Positions 11,401-24,559 of a stretch of 64,000 nt of DNA are shown in pieces (position 1 is the first letter of the stretch; the number at the start of each line of letters is the position of its first letter). Location: assembly GCF_021869535.1 (NCBI RefSeq), contig NW_026262679.1, forward strand, positions 90,396,001 to 90,460,000. The letters are read 5' to 3'. Position numbers and translations under genes: made by a program. Under the pieces are notes generated by a model. It saw only the letters and a list, made by a program, of their open reading frames with translations, did not search any database and had not been told where the DNA came from. This stretch comes from Mytilus californianus (Eukaryota).

Positions 11401-13668
11401 TGCTTTATTATTATAAGATGTATCTCTTTTCAGACATAAAGCTTCATTTGATACCAGAAAATGTGGTAAAGGATATATAAAGTTTTACTGATTTTTCATT
11501 GAATGCGCATTTACATTTCTTACATTTAGTATCTGATAAGAGGTATATAATAATACCGGTATATAACAATGTAAAAAATGACACATTAGGTTAAGTTTGC
11601 TGCGTTTGGAGTCGTTATAGTGCACCAAGATATATCATCCTACATGTCATTTATTTACTTCATTATGTATAATATTCAGCTTTTAATATCTGTGGACTAT
11701 TTTGATTTTTTACTGTTTGCTATGATCACATTTTCCAAATACAAACTCTTACTCCTGTGTATTCAATATTATCAAAATCAACTTTCAAATTATTATTTAT
11801 ATTATAGGATCTAACTTAGAGCCTCGACATTTTTTTTAACAAACAAATATTTTCAATGAGAGAGGCGTCTTGAATTCTCAACAAAACTAGTCTATTGATC
11901 TAAAATATATTACAGTCCAAGAAGCTATTAGTTCTTATTATTGGGCTCGATGGTAGTGGAAAGACCTGCTTTCTACAGTCCCTAGGAGAATCCCGTCACC
12001 AGATTCCTTACCCTCAGCCAACCAGTGGAGTAAATTCTATCAGGAGAACCATTGGAGATGTAGAATATTCTTTGTATGAAAGTAAGTTGTTGCTCTTCAC
12101 GCTATTGGCTATCTTAGCCACTTGTATCAGTGAGTTTTAATTTCCCCATTTTCTAAAGAAATATCTTTTAGAAGTGGATACCAGACAAATATTCTATTAT
12201 TAGCTTATGCGTGACAGTAGCCAGTTCTACGAAAATGTTTGACATATAATTTTAATTGATTGTGTATTAAAAATGCATTTATGTGCCATGAAATAAAAAG
12301 TCACTTGACCCATGCATATTTCGCTGTTGGTGCATGGTTTTTAAATAAGTTTTTCACCGAGATTAGCTTTGATCAAGTTATAAGTTCAGATGAACTTTAA
12401 TCATAATGCTTTGTGCAAGGAAGTATCATAGGTTGTATTCAAGCCTCGCACCAGAAGTAGGTCACTCTGATCTATGTTTCATGCTTCATTGACTTACACT
12501 AGGTTTTGCTTGCGAGATCTGATACTGAGACACTTACAATAGCATTTCTTGGTGCTTGCAAATATGAATCCATGGGATGGTTACTAAGTGCATCCAGCGA
12601 AAATCTTGTTTTGAACATTTTTTACCTCAAGTCGCAAATAAAAATGAATAAAATCATAGTTATTGTCTAGTGAATGCGACACACAAATATATAAAATTTC
12701 TATCTAAAGAAGTTCTTTTCATCTAAATTTTAGTCGGTGCTGGTGGTGGTTTGATCAAAGCCAGGTTATACTGGTCTGAATTTCTTAAAGAATTCAAAGC
12801 AAAGACTATTGTGTATGTAGTGGATGCTGCTAATCACCAGAGGATAGAGGAAGCAAAGATAGCACTGTCACAGTTTTCCGAGAAAAACAGGACACAAAAC
12901 CTACAACTTCTCATCGTTGCAAACAAACAGGTGATACATGTATAAAATACACAGGAGACGTGGTATGATTGTCAATGAGACTAATATTCAACAAACAAAA
13001 ATGAAGCGGATTTAAATATATTTCCGTGTAGCAATTGGCTTAATTAGACAGGTGTCTGAAAAAAATATGTTCGAAAACTCAAAACTTATTGTACCAAATC
13101 GAGTTTAAGGCATGTTCAAGTTAAATTTCCAACAAATATGGCAATTCAGATGAATTAATGACTTCACACGAATTGAACATAACTATGTGAACTTCTATTT
13201 TTTCATATGACAAACACAAAGATATTATAAAAAGTCACTGAAACACAATTTTTTTTTTCAATAACCTTTTATATCCAGATTTGACAATGATAGGAAGATG
13301 ATTTGTAGGAGTTTTATTTTCAACGCTATAAATTGAAGAGTGGGATCCAATGAATAAGAAATGTTCTAAAATTACAAATATGCATCAGTCCTTTAAATTG
13401 AACTGAGAAATTTCGTGAAGGCTGCTTGTAAGGGGCTACAATGTCCTACCTATGATCTAAAATACCCATTTACTTATACTACAGTTTTTAATTGCAGGAT
13501 GTACCTGGGGCCCTGACTCCGTCGCAGGTTCTTCAGAGAGTTCAAGAGGTCAAATACAAATATAAGAGTGTGCATGCCGTGGGAACAATTTTAAGTCCAG
13601 GAAGAGAGAGAGAAGGCGTTTACGAATCTTACACTTACTTGCAATCTTGTGTCCCAAAACAAATCTAA
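8457..13668 (+). CDS. ARL10: ADP-ribosylation factor-like GTPase, ARL10/ARL9-like, 225 aa, join(8457..8600,11916..12081,12734..12930,13498..13668)
   Basis: Four GT-AG exons with matching phases (0,1,0). N-terminal hydrophobic anchor FVVGAAAITVAAYGLYRIW, P-loop GLDGSGKT, switch I PTSGVNS, LYEIG...LYWSEF, YVVDAA and G4 NKQD. This matches the recalled vertebrate ARL10 pattern (PTWGFNS, LEIGG, FYWKEF). ARL10 versus ARL9 cannot be resolved without a tree. Confidence 0.88.
9187..9462 (+). mobile_element. HINE family 2, single-monomer copy in ARL10 intron 1
   Basis: Same ends as 58043-59791 (ATGxCxCCGCC...GCGGGGGTAT, hairpin GTGTCCCATGGAC), a GTCC/GTAC microsatellite and one 161-bp-type monomer. 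Confidence 0.75.
10235..10795. repeat. Abundant interspersed repeat of about 550 bp (unclassified, SINE-like)
   Basis: Shares CTCATTGTTGAAGGCCGTACGG...GTTGTCTCATTGGCAATCATACCACATCT with copies or fragments at about 10089-10210, 13950-14220, 21860-22020, 30520-30570, 33420-33600, 46290-46730, 52575-52935 and 61095-61590. Confidence 0.7.
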
Positions 13669-14479
13669 CATTATAATAGTCACATTCGATATGTATGCTT
13701 GCTAGAAATAAATCTTACTGATGAATCGAGGTATTCTTGTTTCCGTTATAAAAATGGATGCACTTATACTGGTACAAAGTTACTAGTGTGCTATTACATT
13801 AAATAAGACAAATGAGAAATGCGGATGTGAGGTGCATGTACCCTACAGAAAATAGAATTGATTGTCGAATCAAGTCAATGTCAGGTTTGCCTTGCATTGT
13901 AGTTTGCTGCTTTCCACTGTTTTAGCCCTATATTTTATACATATATACTCCGACTTTCCAAGTCAGGATTCATTGGTTGTCAATTGTTGTTGTATATCAT
14001 ATTTGTCTTTTGTTTATTGTTTTGTACATAAATCAGGTTGTTTGCTTTCTCGCTTGAATTGTTTTACATTTTTCATTTCGGGGACTTTTATAGCTTGCTA
14101 TGCGATATGGGTTTTGCTCATTGTTGAAGGCCGTATGGTAACCTGTAGTTGCCAACGTCTACGTCATTTGGTCTCTGGTGGAGAGTTGTCTCATTGGCAA
14201 TTATACCACATCTTATTTTGATTTCGATGATTTTGACTCATGTTGTTGGGTTACTGCCTTATTATCTTAAAATAGACCAAAATACCGTGACTTTCCTTAT
14301 TTATTGTACTATCATTAAACACGATACTTTTCACCCAACTTACATATCTGGCATAAAAGTTACTAAATGTTACCGATTGAACCCATAATACGTGGTCAAA
14401 TTACTATCATAACTTCATAAGAACTTTTCTCAACTTTTTTTTGACTGATAAAAAGTCATTTACACATATCGTTCAGAAC

Positions 14480-14810
14480 TGCATGTTTTAGCTAATTGAG
14501 GATGGATGGAATTGGTATCTAACATCCAGTGGCAAATATCACATGGTCTCTGGTGGTTCAAGAACATGTTAACCATACTTTGTACTTGACTGACACACAA
14601 GTCGGATTTTAACGTACAAGATAACAAGGTAACAATCAAGAGGAAGACATGTCACCCTACCTCAATACATTATTCTGACTGAGCCAGCGAATCTGCACTT
14701 TCCCCTTAATGCCGAGTGTGGAGAAGCAGAAAATATTAATATCCAAGAATTTGGTTTGATCAGGACATGAATCTAACCCACAGCCTCCAGCACCCCAGGC
14801 AAGCACGCTG
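14480..14810 (-). mobile_element. tRNA-derived SINE, second family (Meta/RUDI-like), diverged
   Basis: Homologous to 51143-51470 (GGAAGACATGTC...ACATTATTCTGACT..GAGCC...CCTTAATGC...AGCAG.AAATA). Fragments of its tail occur at about 19480-19530 and 52960-53010. Confidence 0.6.
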
Positions 14811-15359
14811 TCACAATAATAGAGGGTCTGGATGGGGATCCTTCAATTCTGTATTCTTGAGTTTTTTAAGCCATTTTCTCTATTCTTTATAAATTTTGCC
14901 TGTTATTCTCTATTCTTTATATTTTAGCACCCTATTATTCTCTATTAATTGTTTGAAAATATTTTGTCTCGTAGTGTCAAATAAGAAAATTGAAAATGAG
15001 GACCATTTTATCAATTTTAATGTCTAAACAAAACAGAAATGTCTTTAGGGCCTTCCATGGATTTGTATATTGGCAGTTCAGATAAGAGTTTTCACAGAAC
15101 TATATGTATTCTGTACTATAAGCAAAATTAGGGATCTTTGGACAGGATATGTTTCTCGTAAATTTGAAAGATTTAGATTCACATTTCAGGAAAGATCTTT
15201 GAAAAGTGACTTCAAAACAACTGCTGTATGCATATGCTTTTATTACCTTGAAAAGTATGGTAATACATTGTATTTTATTTCATTGTATCAATAGGTAACA
15301 TTAGTAACATTATCTTCTATCATACAGATTATGCAAATAATATAAAGCATAAAAAAATA

Positions 15360-16098
15360 AAATGCTCCGCTGGTCGAACCCTGAACAGTTGGGGCAAGTA
15401 TGGACACAACATTCAAGCTTGATACAGCACTGAATTTGGATTGTGATTAAATATTTGACACAGCATAGGTTTCTGACACAGAATGAATATGGTCTAAGAA
15501 CTTAAAATTTTTTAATTTACCTATTCAAACCATATCATTATTATTTGCTTTTATATATAAATCAGAAATAACCAATTTAAAATGGAAAATTTCAAAGAAA
15601 AAAAAATCCCTCCCCCAAATTTTTGAACCCCCTTATGATTCATCACCCCCAAACTCAATCCCAGCCTTCCTTTTGTGGTATGGTACCTTGCAGTACAATT
15701 TCAGAGAGATCCATACACTTGAACACAAGTTATTGTCTGGAAACTAGAAAAATGCTTATTTTTGGCCCCTTATTCCTAAACGTTTTGGGCAATTACCCCC
15801 AAACTCAATTCCAGCTTTCCCTTTGTGATATGGAACCTTGTAGTACAATTTCATAAAGATCCATTCACTTACACACAAGTTATGTCTGGAAGTTATAATT
15901 CCTTAACTGTTGGTACCATAACCCCCAAAATCAATCCCAACCTTCCTTTTGTGGTATTGAACCTTATGGTAAAATTTCATAGAGATCCATTCACTTAAAC
16001 TTAAGTTAGAGTGCGAAAACTAATTTGTCTTTGGACGACGACGACGACGCAGTCATACCAATATACGACCGCAAATTTTTTTTGCAGTCGTATAAAAA
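15360..16098 (-). mobile_element. HINE family 3 with about 3 tandem 125-150 bp units
   Basis: The terminal hairpin TATACGACCGCAAA..TTTGC(A)GTCGTATA next to a (GAC)n microsatellite and an A-run at 16030-16098. Repeated CCCCAAACTCAATCCCAGCCTTCC blocks at about 15646, 15797 and 15921. The left boundary is approximate. Confidence 0.65.
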
Positions 16099-17740
16099 GG
16101 ATAACAAATAATTCCATAAAAGACCACTGTACACACAATTTGTGACAGTGACACTTAACTAGATCACTTTGAACTTTTTAATTCTTGAAAGGAAATCCCT
16201 CCACTTTCTTTTGAACACTCTCTGTTAATCATATATCTGTGTATCAGAAAGAAACAGTGATAAAACACTAAAATATTTCTTTTGTATGTGTAGCAGGACT
16301 ATGATGCAACACACACTTATTGTGTGACTAGTTTAAATAAAATGATGATTAATCCATAAAACGAACAAACTATTCAACAAACTATTGACACAGAGATGTC
16401 TTGCCTGCATGTAGTTTTGATAGTATATTGCAAATGTTGAAATAAAAAAAAAAACAACACTTTAACATTTTAACTACACACAGATCTTTCAAAGTCAATA
16501 AACAATGACTGAGAGTAAAGAGGGAAATGAGATGTACCAATGCTAATACAACTGCATGCCATAAATCATTCACTAACCATTAGACCTAATCACATAACTT
16601 TAACATATTGTTAATGCTGTCGATGCCAAATACAGTACACCTATGTCCTGACTTCACAATTTTGTTGTGGTGAGACAAAAAACAGCTAATCCATGCTAAT
16701 ATTTTTATTACCCTGAAAAGTACAGTAATGCAATTTTATTTTATTTCATTTAATCAATATGAAACGTTAGGAACATTGGTAAAAACATAACAGTATAAAA
16801 ACAAATTGCATGAATGTAATAAACAATACTTCTACTGAAGTATACAATTACAATATGGCTGCATTTGGCAACTGGTCTGAAAATGCATACACAATGTAAG
16901 TTCATTATCATTTGAATTTTCAGTAGGAGGACATCAAGCAAATTATAACAACGTGTGAACTTTCTTTTAAATGACATTTTACTAAAAAAAAAAAAAAAAA
17001 AAAAAAATTTAACCTCACGAAATATTTTCATATTTTTTTTACCTGTAAAAGCAAAATTTGAAATATTTCACCCCATTTCGGGATAAATTTAATCTTTTTG
17101 AAATTTCTAAAAACAGGTGTTGCAGTTGAATTCATGGATTTAAAACCTAAGTGTCTGAAATGATTTAAGAAAAAAATACTTTATTTAGGTGTAGTCCTTT
17201 ACAACACATTTTTGTGAACTTCTTTGTAGAAAAATATAATAATGGAAACAAAGAGCATCAAAATACACTATTTGATATCTCTACAAGACAAAGACTTACA
17301 CAAATGCTCCAAGTTGAAATACCAAGAGAACAATGTTCATCAGACAGCTCCAACTGTTGCTGTGCAGTGTTGTACTATATAATACAACTACAGCGAAATG
17401 TGAGATGGATACAATTAATTCTATAAAATTACATGCTATCTGTAGTATTGATTACATATGTGATTAAGTAAAACTTCTTTCCTTTTCTTTTGACCTTGTT
17501 TATTATAATCTCATTATGAACATTTCTAATATACAGTGAATAAAAAGACCAATCAAAAACTGGAATACAATTGATATATACACTGTACAAAAGTTTACTT
17601 CAAAATTTGAAATATTCCTTTCCAGCAATGCTACATGTATATACTTTAAGATGTTATCACTATAGTATTTGACTCGATGTGAACATGGGATACTTTGTTC
17701 AATGATTCTTTCTTGCATGATGGAAAATCGTCCATATCAT

Positions 17741-20700
17741 TTAATACATAGGACCTCTTCCCCTACCATATGGATTGAACCTGTTAAGTTCTGAATGATT
17801 TTGAAAATGCTCATGGGATAACTCTTCCTCCTGATAGGGTTGCCACTGACCATTGTCAAAATTTAACATCTGAAAATTGTCATTTCTGAAGTCTTGTTGT
17901 TGAAATGCATTATTCCTCAAGTTTTGATTCTGAAATGGATTTCCAACCATGTTTTGTGTATGAACCATGTTTTGTGCATGAACCATGTTTTGTGCATGAG
18001 CATGATGAAATTGATTTGATTGCATTGGAGGATTATGAAATGGGTTAAGACATGCAACAAAGGGATTTTGCTGTATCTGATTGGCTGGCAGGAAGTTGAA
18101 ATTAGCATGCTGTACATGCTGTGGCTGATGATTATAGTTAAATACTTGAACATTATCGTTATGCATAGAAGGCACTGGACTGTGCCTGTCATTTTGCCAA
18201 TGATTTCCTCGTCTGCGCTTCTTTTTATTGTTTTTTATTCTAGCTGACTTTGGTTTGAAAGTTTCTGGTTTTGTTGCATTTGGTATGGGTTTGTTCTTAT
18301 CTTTAGCTGCTGGTACTTCTACTTCAACAATATCATCATGTTTCATTTTTTCTGTTTCTTTCTTTTCAACATCAAAAATACTTTTAAATTTGATTTTTTC
18401 AGTTTCCTCACGACTTTCGGTGTTATTAGATTGTGAATTCTCATTTATTTCATTGCCATTATCGTCCATCTGTATTTTAATATGCTTTGGCATTTTTACA
18501 TTCCATGTTTGAGCAATATGAGACAAGATTAAGTTTGTTATCCTACGATGTCCTGTCATATCCCAATGAATGCCATCTTCAGCACGTCGATGAATTTGAT
18601 GACGCAGGAAATAATGGAGGTCAATGACATCATGGCCGTACTCCACGGCAGCCTTAGATGCGTAGTAATTAGCCTCTAAGACATGTAACTCCATTGAGTC
18701 CTTCAAATAATCCAGTCCTGGTATAAATACTCCTCCTTTAGGATTATGAGATATAGCAGGGTTTGTATTCCATATTACAAGACACTCTGGTAAATCAGAT
18801 TTCAGCTTTTTGAAAAGTTTATGCAGATTTTGTTTATACTCAGGTACTGGTATTTTACCATATCTAAAATAAAAAATAAAAAAAACATTAGATTTTCCTA
18901 AACCAACCTCTTTTGCTGATTGGAGTGACAATGCCTATATACTAGATACTCTAAGGATCAGTTACCCTAAGTTTGGTTGAAATTGGTTCAATTGTTTAAG
19001 AGATGAATTTGATCTTTGAAAATGTGAACAATGGATGATGTACACTTGACAAATCAATGTACCAAGACAGACCCTAAGTGATGGTAAAGGGTCACATAGC
19101 CTACTAGGCTAGGTGAGCTTATAAGGAACCTGATGAACATTTTATATGTTTTTAATGGAGTTATCTCCCTTAATAGTGTACTTTCTACAAAATATGTTTT
19201 TACTGACAATTAATAAGAGTTAAACAAACAGATCCAGCTAAGAAAACTTAACTTTGATCAATAAACCATGAAAATGTAGTCCAGGAAGGATTAACCGTCA
19301 GAAGGATATTTTTACCTTGAAATGATTCCATGTACCTATTACTCATAATAACTGAAAAATCTTGTGATAAAAAAAAAAACATTTTTTAAGTCATGAAAAG
19401 AATTAATTCTAGCTTTAGTTTTCATTGACCATGAGGTACACTTGAAGGAAATCGGTTTGTAAATATTTTTCATTGATTGATTGTTGTTTGCTTTATGTCC
19501 AGTGGCAAATACTGCATGCATGTTCAGGATAAGTAAGTGGTTATTGAAATATGAAAATGAGGTCAAAGAAAAAGAGCATATTCCAGATGGAAATTTGACA
19601 ATAAGGATTAAGTATACCATACATAAATAAGCCAGCTCTTCTACATTCTGAAATATAAACCTTTATACAAAATATACTGGATATGCATCCCTATGTCTTA
19701 AAATCTGCAAAACAATACCATACAGCAGTTTTTGTCCCTTTTTTCAAAAAAAAAACCTTTCATATTTATTATTTTTGTATTTTGTTAAAGTGTTTGTTTT
19801 GTACTATTAAGAATTACACTTTGGCATGAGGTTTTTACCATTGCAAATGATTTGTTAGCTACCATCAGATGATTGTAAGTGTCAAACATTTGCTGTATTC
19901 AGTCCAAAATCTAATCAAACGTTTGCCATTAGTATCTTACTGATAGTAAAAAAAAAAAATAAAAATTTACAGTTTTCCCCCAACTATATATCTAATACAT
20001 GTAATCAATGAAAATTAAAGCTAGCATCAATTCTATTCATGTCTTGTTTATGTATGTGCCCAATAAAATATATCAGTTTTATATTTAGACCACAGTTTTT
20101 TTTTAAAAGTAGAATACAAATACCTTGTTATATCCCAGAGACATGAATTAACAATGATTACATCTGGTTTCTGTTCTGCTGAAGCCAACTTGTTTATAAC
20201 TGACTCTATATAACTATTGTAAGATCTTGTCATAAAGATAAACTGTAGGAAATAGAAATCTGTCTGGTACTGTCTCACTTCTCTGTAACCTATTCCTTTC
20301 TTGTCAGCTCCTCTCATTCCTCCATCTAATAGTTTATCACGTAAACAGGAATCTTCCCCCTGGAAAAATATAAAGTATATTTAGCTTCAGAAAAAATCAC
20401 TTTTAGAACTCTTCTAAATTTCAGGTATATATTCGTCAAATTCATTCATTCAGTTTTCAAAATTCGTGAACAAAGAAACAATACCTATGATAAATCACAC
20501 TTTAGAACTGAGTTCCATACTTCTAAATTACCAAAATATTTAATAAAAAGTTCTAAAAATTTACTGAAACCAGGGATACTTGTAAGTACAGTCAGGCTCA
20601 TCATTTTTGAAAATGGTATTATTTTAATTTAAAGATTGGTTTTAGCATATGATTCTGTATATTATATGTTGATATGCAATGACAGCCATTATTGACAGGT

Positions 20701-22547
20701 AGTCTTTTTCTAATTTGTATTATTTGTACCTATTTTGGATTTGCCTTTGCTTAGAGACTACAGATCTTGTTTTTGTAGATTGTAAATTTTCACATATATA
20801 CAACCAAAAAGTGTTACATTTCTATCCGAAGTCTAATGGTTTAACTGTCGTAAGGCTCTACATGATCCAAGATCTTATCTCTATCTAAAAATTCATTGAA
20901 CATGCTTCATTAGTCATTGCATTAGACCATGTATAACTGTAATGAATTTTAATACTTACCAACAACAATCTTAGATTTTACAATTATCAAATCATGGTTT
21001 TATGTCTGCATTCATAAAAAGATAAGTCAGTTATTCCTTAACTAGTTCGCTGCTCTTGTCGTTGATTTTTGACACTACCTTGTGATTAAATTTTTTATTG
21101 TACATTTAATCTTACCTTCATTCTAAGAAGATTATCAGTAAGAAAAGTGTTTCCTTGTATAAGTCTGATCAAGTCTTTGTAAATGGATCGCTGAACTGTA
21201 AATAGAAAAAAACTTGGGGAATAATGGATACTGAGCATTCATTATTATTTGTGGTGTATCAATTTTCATACTTTCATTGGTATAGGAAAACCACATATCT
21301 AAATGTTCAATGATGTATAAATTTTCAATAGGCTTGTAAGCAAGTCTTGTTCAAACCTAGAAATGAAATATCAACAAAAATACAATTTTTTCTCAATCCA
21401 CGAAAAATTGGGACCCAGGAAAATAAAGAATCCACAGTACTCAATTGCAACACTCATATGCAGCGCCACCCTTAACAAATTCTTTGTTTGATGTTGCCTA
21501 TCCATGCCTTGTATGTAGTTGGGTAGGTAGGTAGGGATTTTATTTTTTTTTTTGGCCACCAACATTAGTTACATGCTTTAGACAAGAAAAGGATGATAGA
21601 GTATGAAAAAAAATTTTAAAATAAAAGAAAAATGTGTCCGAGGCTTTGCAACGAAAATGGGACGGACTGACGGAAAGACCTACATCGGGGGCATAAAAAA
21701 ATTTGAAACGATTTGTCTCTTTAAATTTTTTCGGGTAGGTTGGCAACATCAAACAATTTTAATTTTATTTTTGGATCAGTAACAAATATAGTGTTATCAT
21801 AGAAGATTCATAATAGCATTCTTTGCACTTGTTTTGAAAGATCAATTTATCGTGATTGTATTATTTGACAAAAAATATGTTATTTTGCCTGTACCAAGTC
21901 AGGAATATGACAGTTGTTTTCCATTTGTTTGATGTGTTTAAGCTTTTGATTTTGCCATTTGATAAGGGACTTTCCGATTTGAATTTCCTTGGAATTTGGT
22001 ATTTTTGTTATTTTACTTTTTTGTTATACGTGTATCCATAACATCATTCAGACTACATTATAAATTTAATACGTAACCATATATATTGTTGCAACAGAAT
22101 TTATCCCTGATATTGCACATAATTCAATAGTCCCTGGTATTGCATGCGGTGCAATACAAATTAAACTTTGGTGTTGTCAATATATATATATCGGTAAACA
22201 CAATAATGTTGCAATTTCAAAATGTTTTTGCAACAATAAAAGTGGTTTTGCACATTTGTTGTTGAAATTATAATCATGATTATGATTTTTATATCCTTTG
22301 TAGGTTATTAATTACACTAAGGAGCATTCTGACAAATTGGAACAAATAACAATATGCCTATAGTATTTATCATTAATTATCATTGGAATTAAAAGAACTT
22401 TGAATATAAATACTTGTGCTGAGGCAGCGTAGCGCAAACATCAACCAAACAATCATTGAATATACACTTACTTGATCCTCCCATAACTATAACGTATTTG
22501 TTTTTTAACAACTCTTGTGCATCCTTCTGAAGAAAGATGGCTGCCAT
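17741..22547 (-). CDS. PCED1A: PC-esterase domain-containing protein 1 (PCED1/FAM113-like, SGNH fold), about 504 aa, complement(join(17741..18863,20124..20359,21116..21195,22472..22547))
   Basis: GT-AG exons with matching phases (1,0,2). MAAIFLQKDAQELLKNKYVIVMGGSIQRSIYKDL, YREVRQY, PDVIIVNSCLWDITRYG, VIDLHY and RAEDGIHWD parallel the recalled human PCED1A. An in-frame TGA lies 6 nt upstream of the ATG. PCED1A versus PCED1B is not resolvable (probably a co-ortholog). Confidence 0.92.
17945..17998 (-). repeat. Coding 18-bp tandem repeat x3, encoding (HAQNMV)3 in the PCED1 tail
   Basis: AACCATGTTTTGTG(T/C)ATG occurs three times on the + strand. Confidence 0.9.
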
Positions 22548-24010
22548 CACTCAAGTCACCTGAAACAAAGATAAACATAACTTTAATGGAATATGAATGT
22601 ATGTTATATTTGTAAGATTGTGGACATTTTCACAAAAAATCATTTGAGAAAAAGCACTTGTCAGTGATGAACAATTTCACTAATTCACAAACATTTTTTT
22701 TTCAAAAAGATTTCGTAAAATATGTATTTACTATCACTGGATCACATGAACTGGTTTATGCTGGATTGGATATTAAATACAGTACCTATCCTTTCTTTGC
22801 TCATAGAGAATCAGAATTCATTCAAGGATCTTGAAACAACTAAACAATGAAAAACTTGTCCACTCTATTTCAAGTTCGGTAAACAAAACGGAATGTATAA
22901 TGTACATTATGCCAAAATCAGACAATTGCTCTGAACTCAGAATCACAAGCGGGAACACATCTTAATTTGATAAAACAAAATCTTTTTTAATTTTTTTCAA
23001 ATGAATCATATCCTGTGGTTTAAAACACAACCCATTAGACACTTGTTTCATCCCATGGTAAAGACCTCCTAATAGTATGAAACAAGTGGCTGTGAACTAA
23101 TCCCATTTGGGATTCCTAGAACGGAGCGATTTTCTGGTTTGGCATAATGTTAAGGCGGCCAAATCAGAAAATCTCTCTGGACTCAAAATCCCATAAGGGA
23201 TTACCTTTGAACATGGCCCTCATTTTCACATTGTATTACATTGAACCTTAAGATCTGTTATCTTGCCTGGTTTAGTGTATACTTTGGTTGTTTTTGCAGT
23301 AATGAATACCCTGTATCTACTTGTTAACACTTAACAATCCAATTTTAGAATGCATTTTACCAGTTTTCTTTTCGTTTTCCTCTTATGGACGAGTTAGGAA
23401 TGGGGAGAGAAGCGTACAAAACTTGACTGACTTTCCCAAAACTGTCCTCGCTGCTTTTTCATATTTCTCAGGAGTGGACAGTTTTATTGGTCAATGGACC
23501 TGCACAAAGGGAGTCCAGAAGTTGACATATTTGACGAAATATTTGACCTAGATATTTCAACTACTTGTGAGCAGGAACATAGATATACTGTTCCCAGTTG
23601 TGAGGATCTTCATAATGATTTCTGTCGAGATTTCTGTTTTCTTATAGTTGGCCGTTATTCTTTTCGAATAGGATATATATATAAAAATATATATATATAG
23701 ATTCTCTACGTTTAAAGGGCTCTCTTAGTCTAATCTCTTTTTTGGGGAAGGGGGTCCTTATTCTCTATTTTGTAACCCCATATCCAGACCCTCCGAGCAC
23801 ATATCTCTGGAATTGACGTTTATATAGTTACTATTCCCAGATTATCTGCATTAATGCGCTTGTATTGCAAAGAGACCTGAAAATTAAAAAAATCTAAAAT
23901 TTACTGCATTAGTGTTTTATTCTCTTGATTACACAAGAGACTCTGATTATACCACGGAATTGTATATCTTAAATATACAATTCATTGATTAAATGGTGGT
24001 ATATAGTTAT

Positions 24011-24160
24011 ACTTACTCGATTGTCTTCCAGGTTTTTCACCACATAAGCCCGGGCAAGTGCGCGTCTAGGAAATCTAATATATTGAATATCTATTTACTT
24101 TACTGATAAAATATCAATAAGCCAAAGAACATCGATTACGATTGGTTAAACGATCAGCTA
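24011..24160 (-). promoter_or_regulatory. Probable non-coding first exon and promoter of the PCED1-like gene
   Basis: Consensus donor CGA|GTAAGT at 24016-24011, a local CpG-rich patch (CCCGGG, GCGCG) and a CCAAT on the minus strand near 24146. The ATG exon begins at an acceptor (22560), so an upstream UTR exon is required. Confidence 0.5.
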
Positions 24161-24559
24161 GATAGCTAATCGCTGACCACAAGTTTGAAACATTTCACCC
24201 ATGCGGTGCTGTTTTAGAAAATAGTAATCGCAACAGTCTAAGAGGTTTTAAACAAAAAATGTATAAATGCAACAACCTAAGTTATTGGACAATTTTCAGG
24301 GCCTAAAGTAGGTGTTGCAATACAGGAATTATATCCCGAAAACTACGTTACCAAAAGTACGGATGTTTTTTTTTTAAATGGTTAGGAACTATAATATTTA
24401 GGTAAAACTGCAGCATCAGAGACATATAATACAATATATGTCTCTGGTAGCATACATAAAGCTCTAAAAGCAGGACATGCTCATGAGTACAAAATTTGGC
24501 AAAAAAACGGGCGATCTCAGATGCAAAGCAAATGCTACATATATGGTATAAAAAGTAAT

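Noticed and set aside
18864-18931. N-terminal MSLQSAKEVGLGK... of ORF 17741-18931
   Set aside because: It is intronic polypyrimidine tract. The true exon starts after the acceptor at 18864.
23321-23700. Overlapping ORFs of 76 and 68 aa in PCED1 intron 1
   Set aside because: No recognisable domain or supported splice pattern. Possibly a decayed TE interior.
14822-23793. Matching ends GAGGGTCTGGAT...ATCCAGACCCTC appearing to bracket the PCED1 coding exons (gene capture, Pack-element idea)
   Set aside because: There is no TSD (flanks AATA versus CGAG), and the probable first exon and promoter (about 24017-24160) lie outside the right end. Two independent MITE fragments are more parsimonious. 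A synteny check would settle it.
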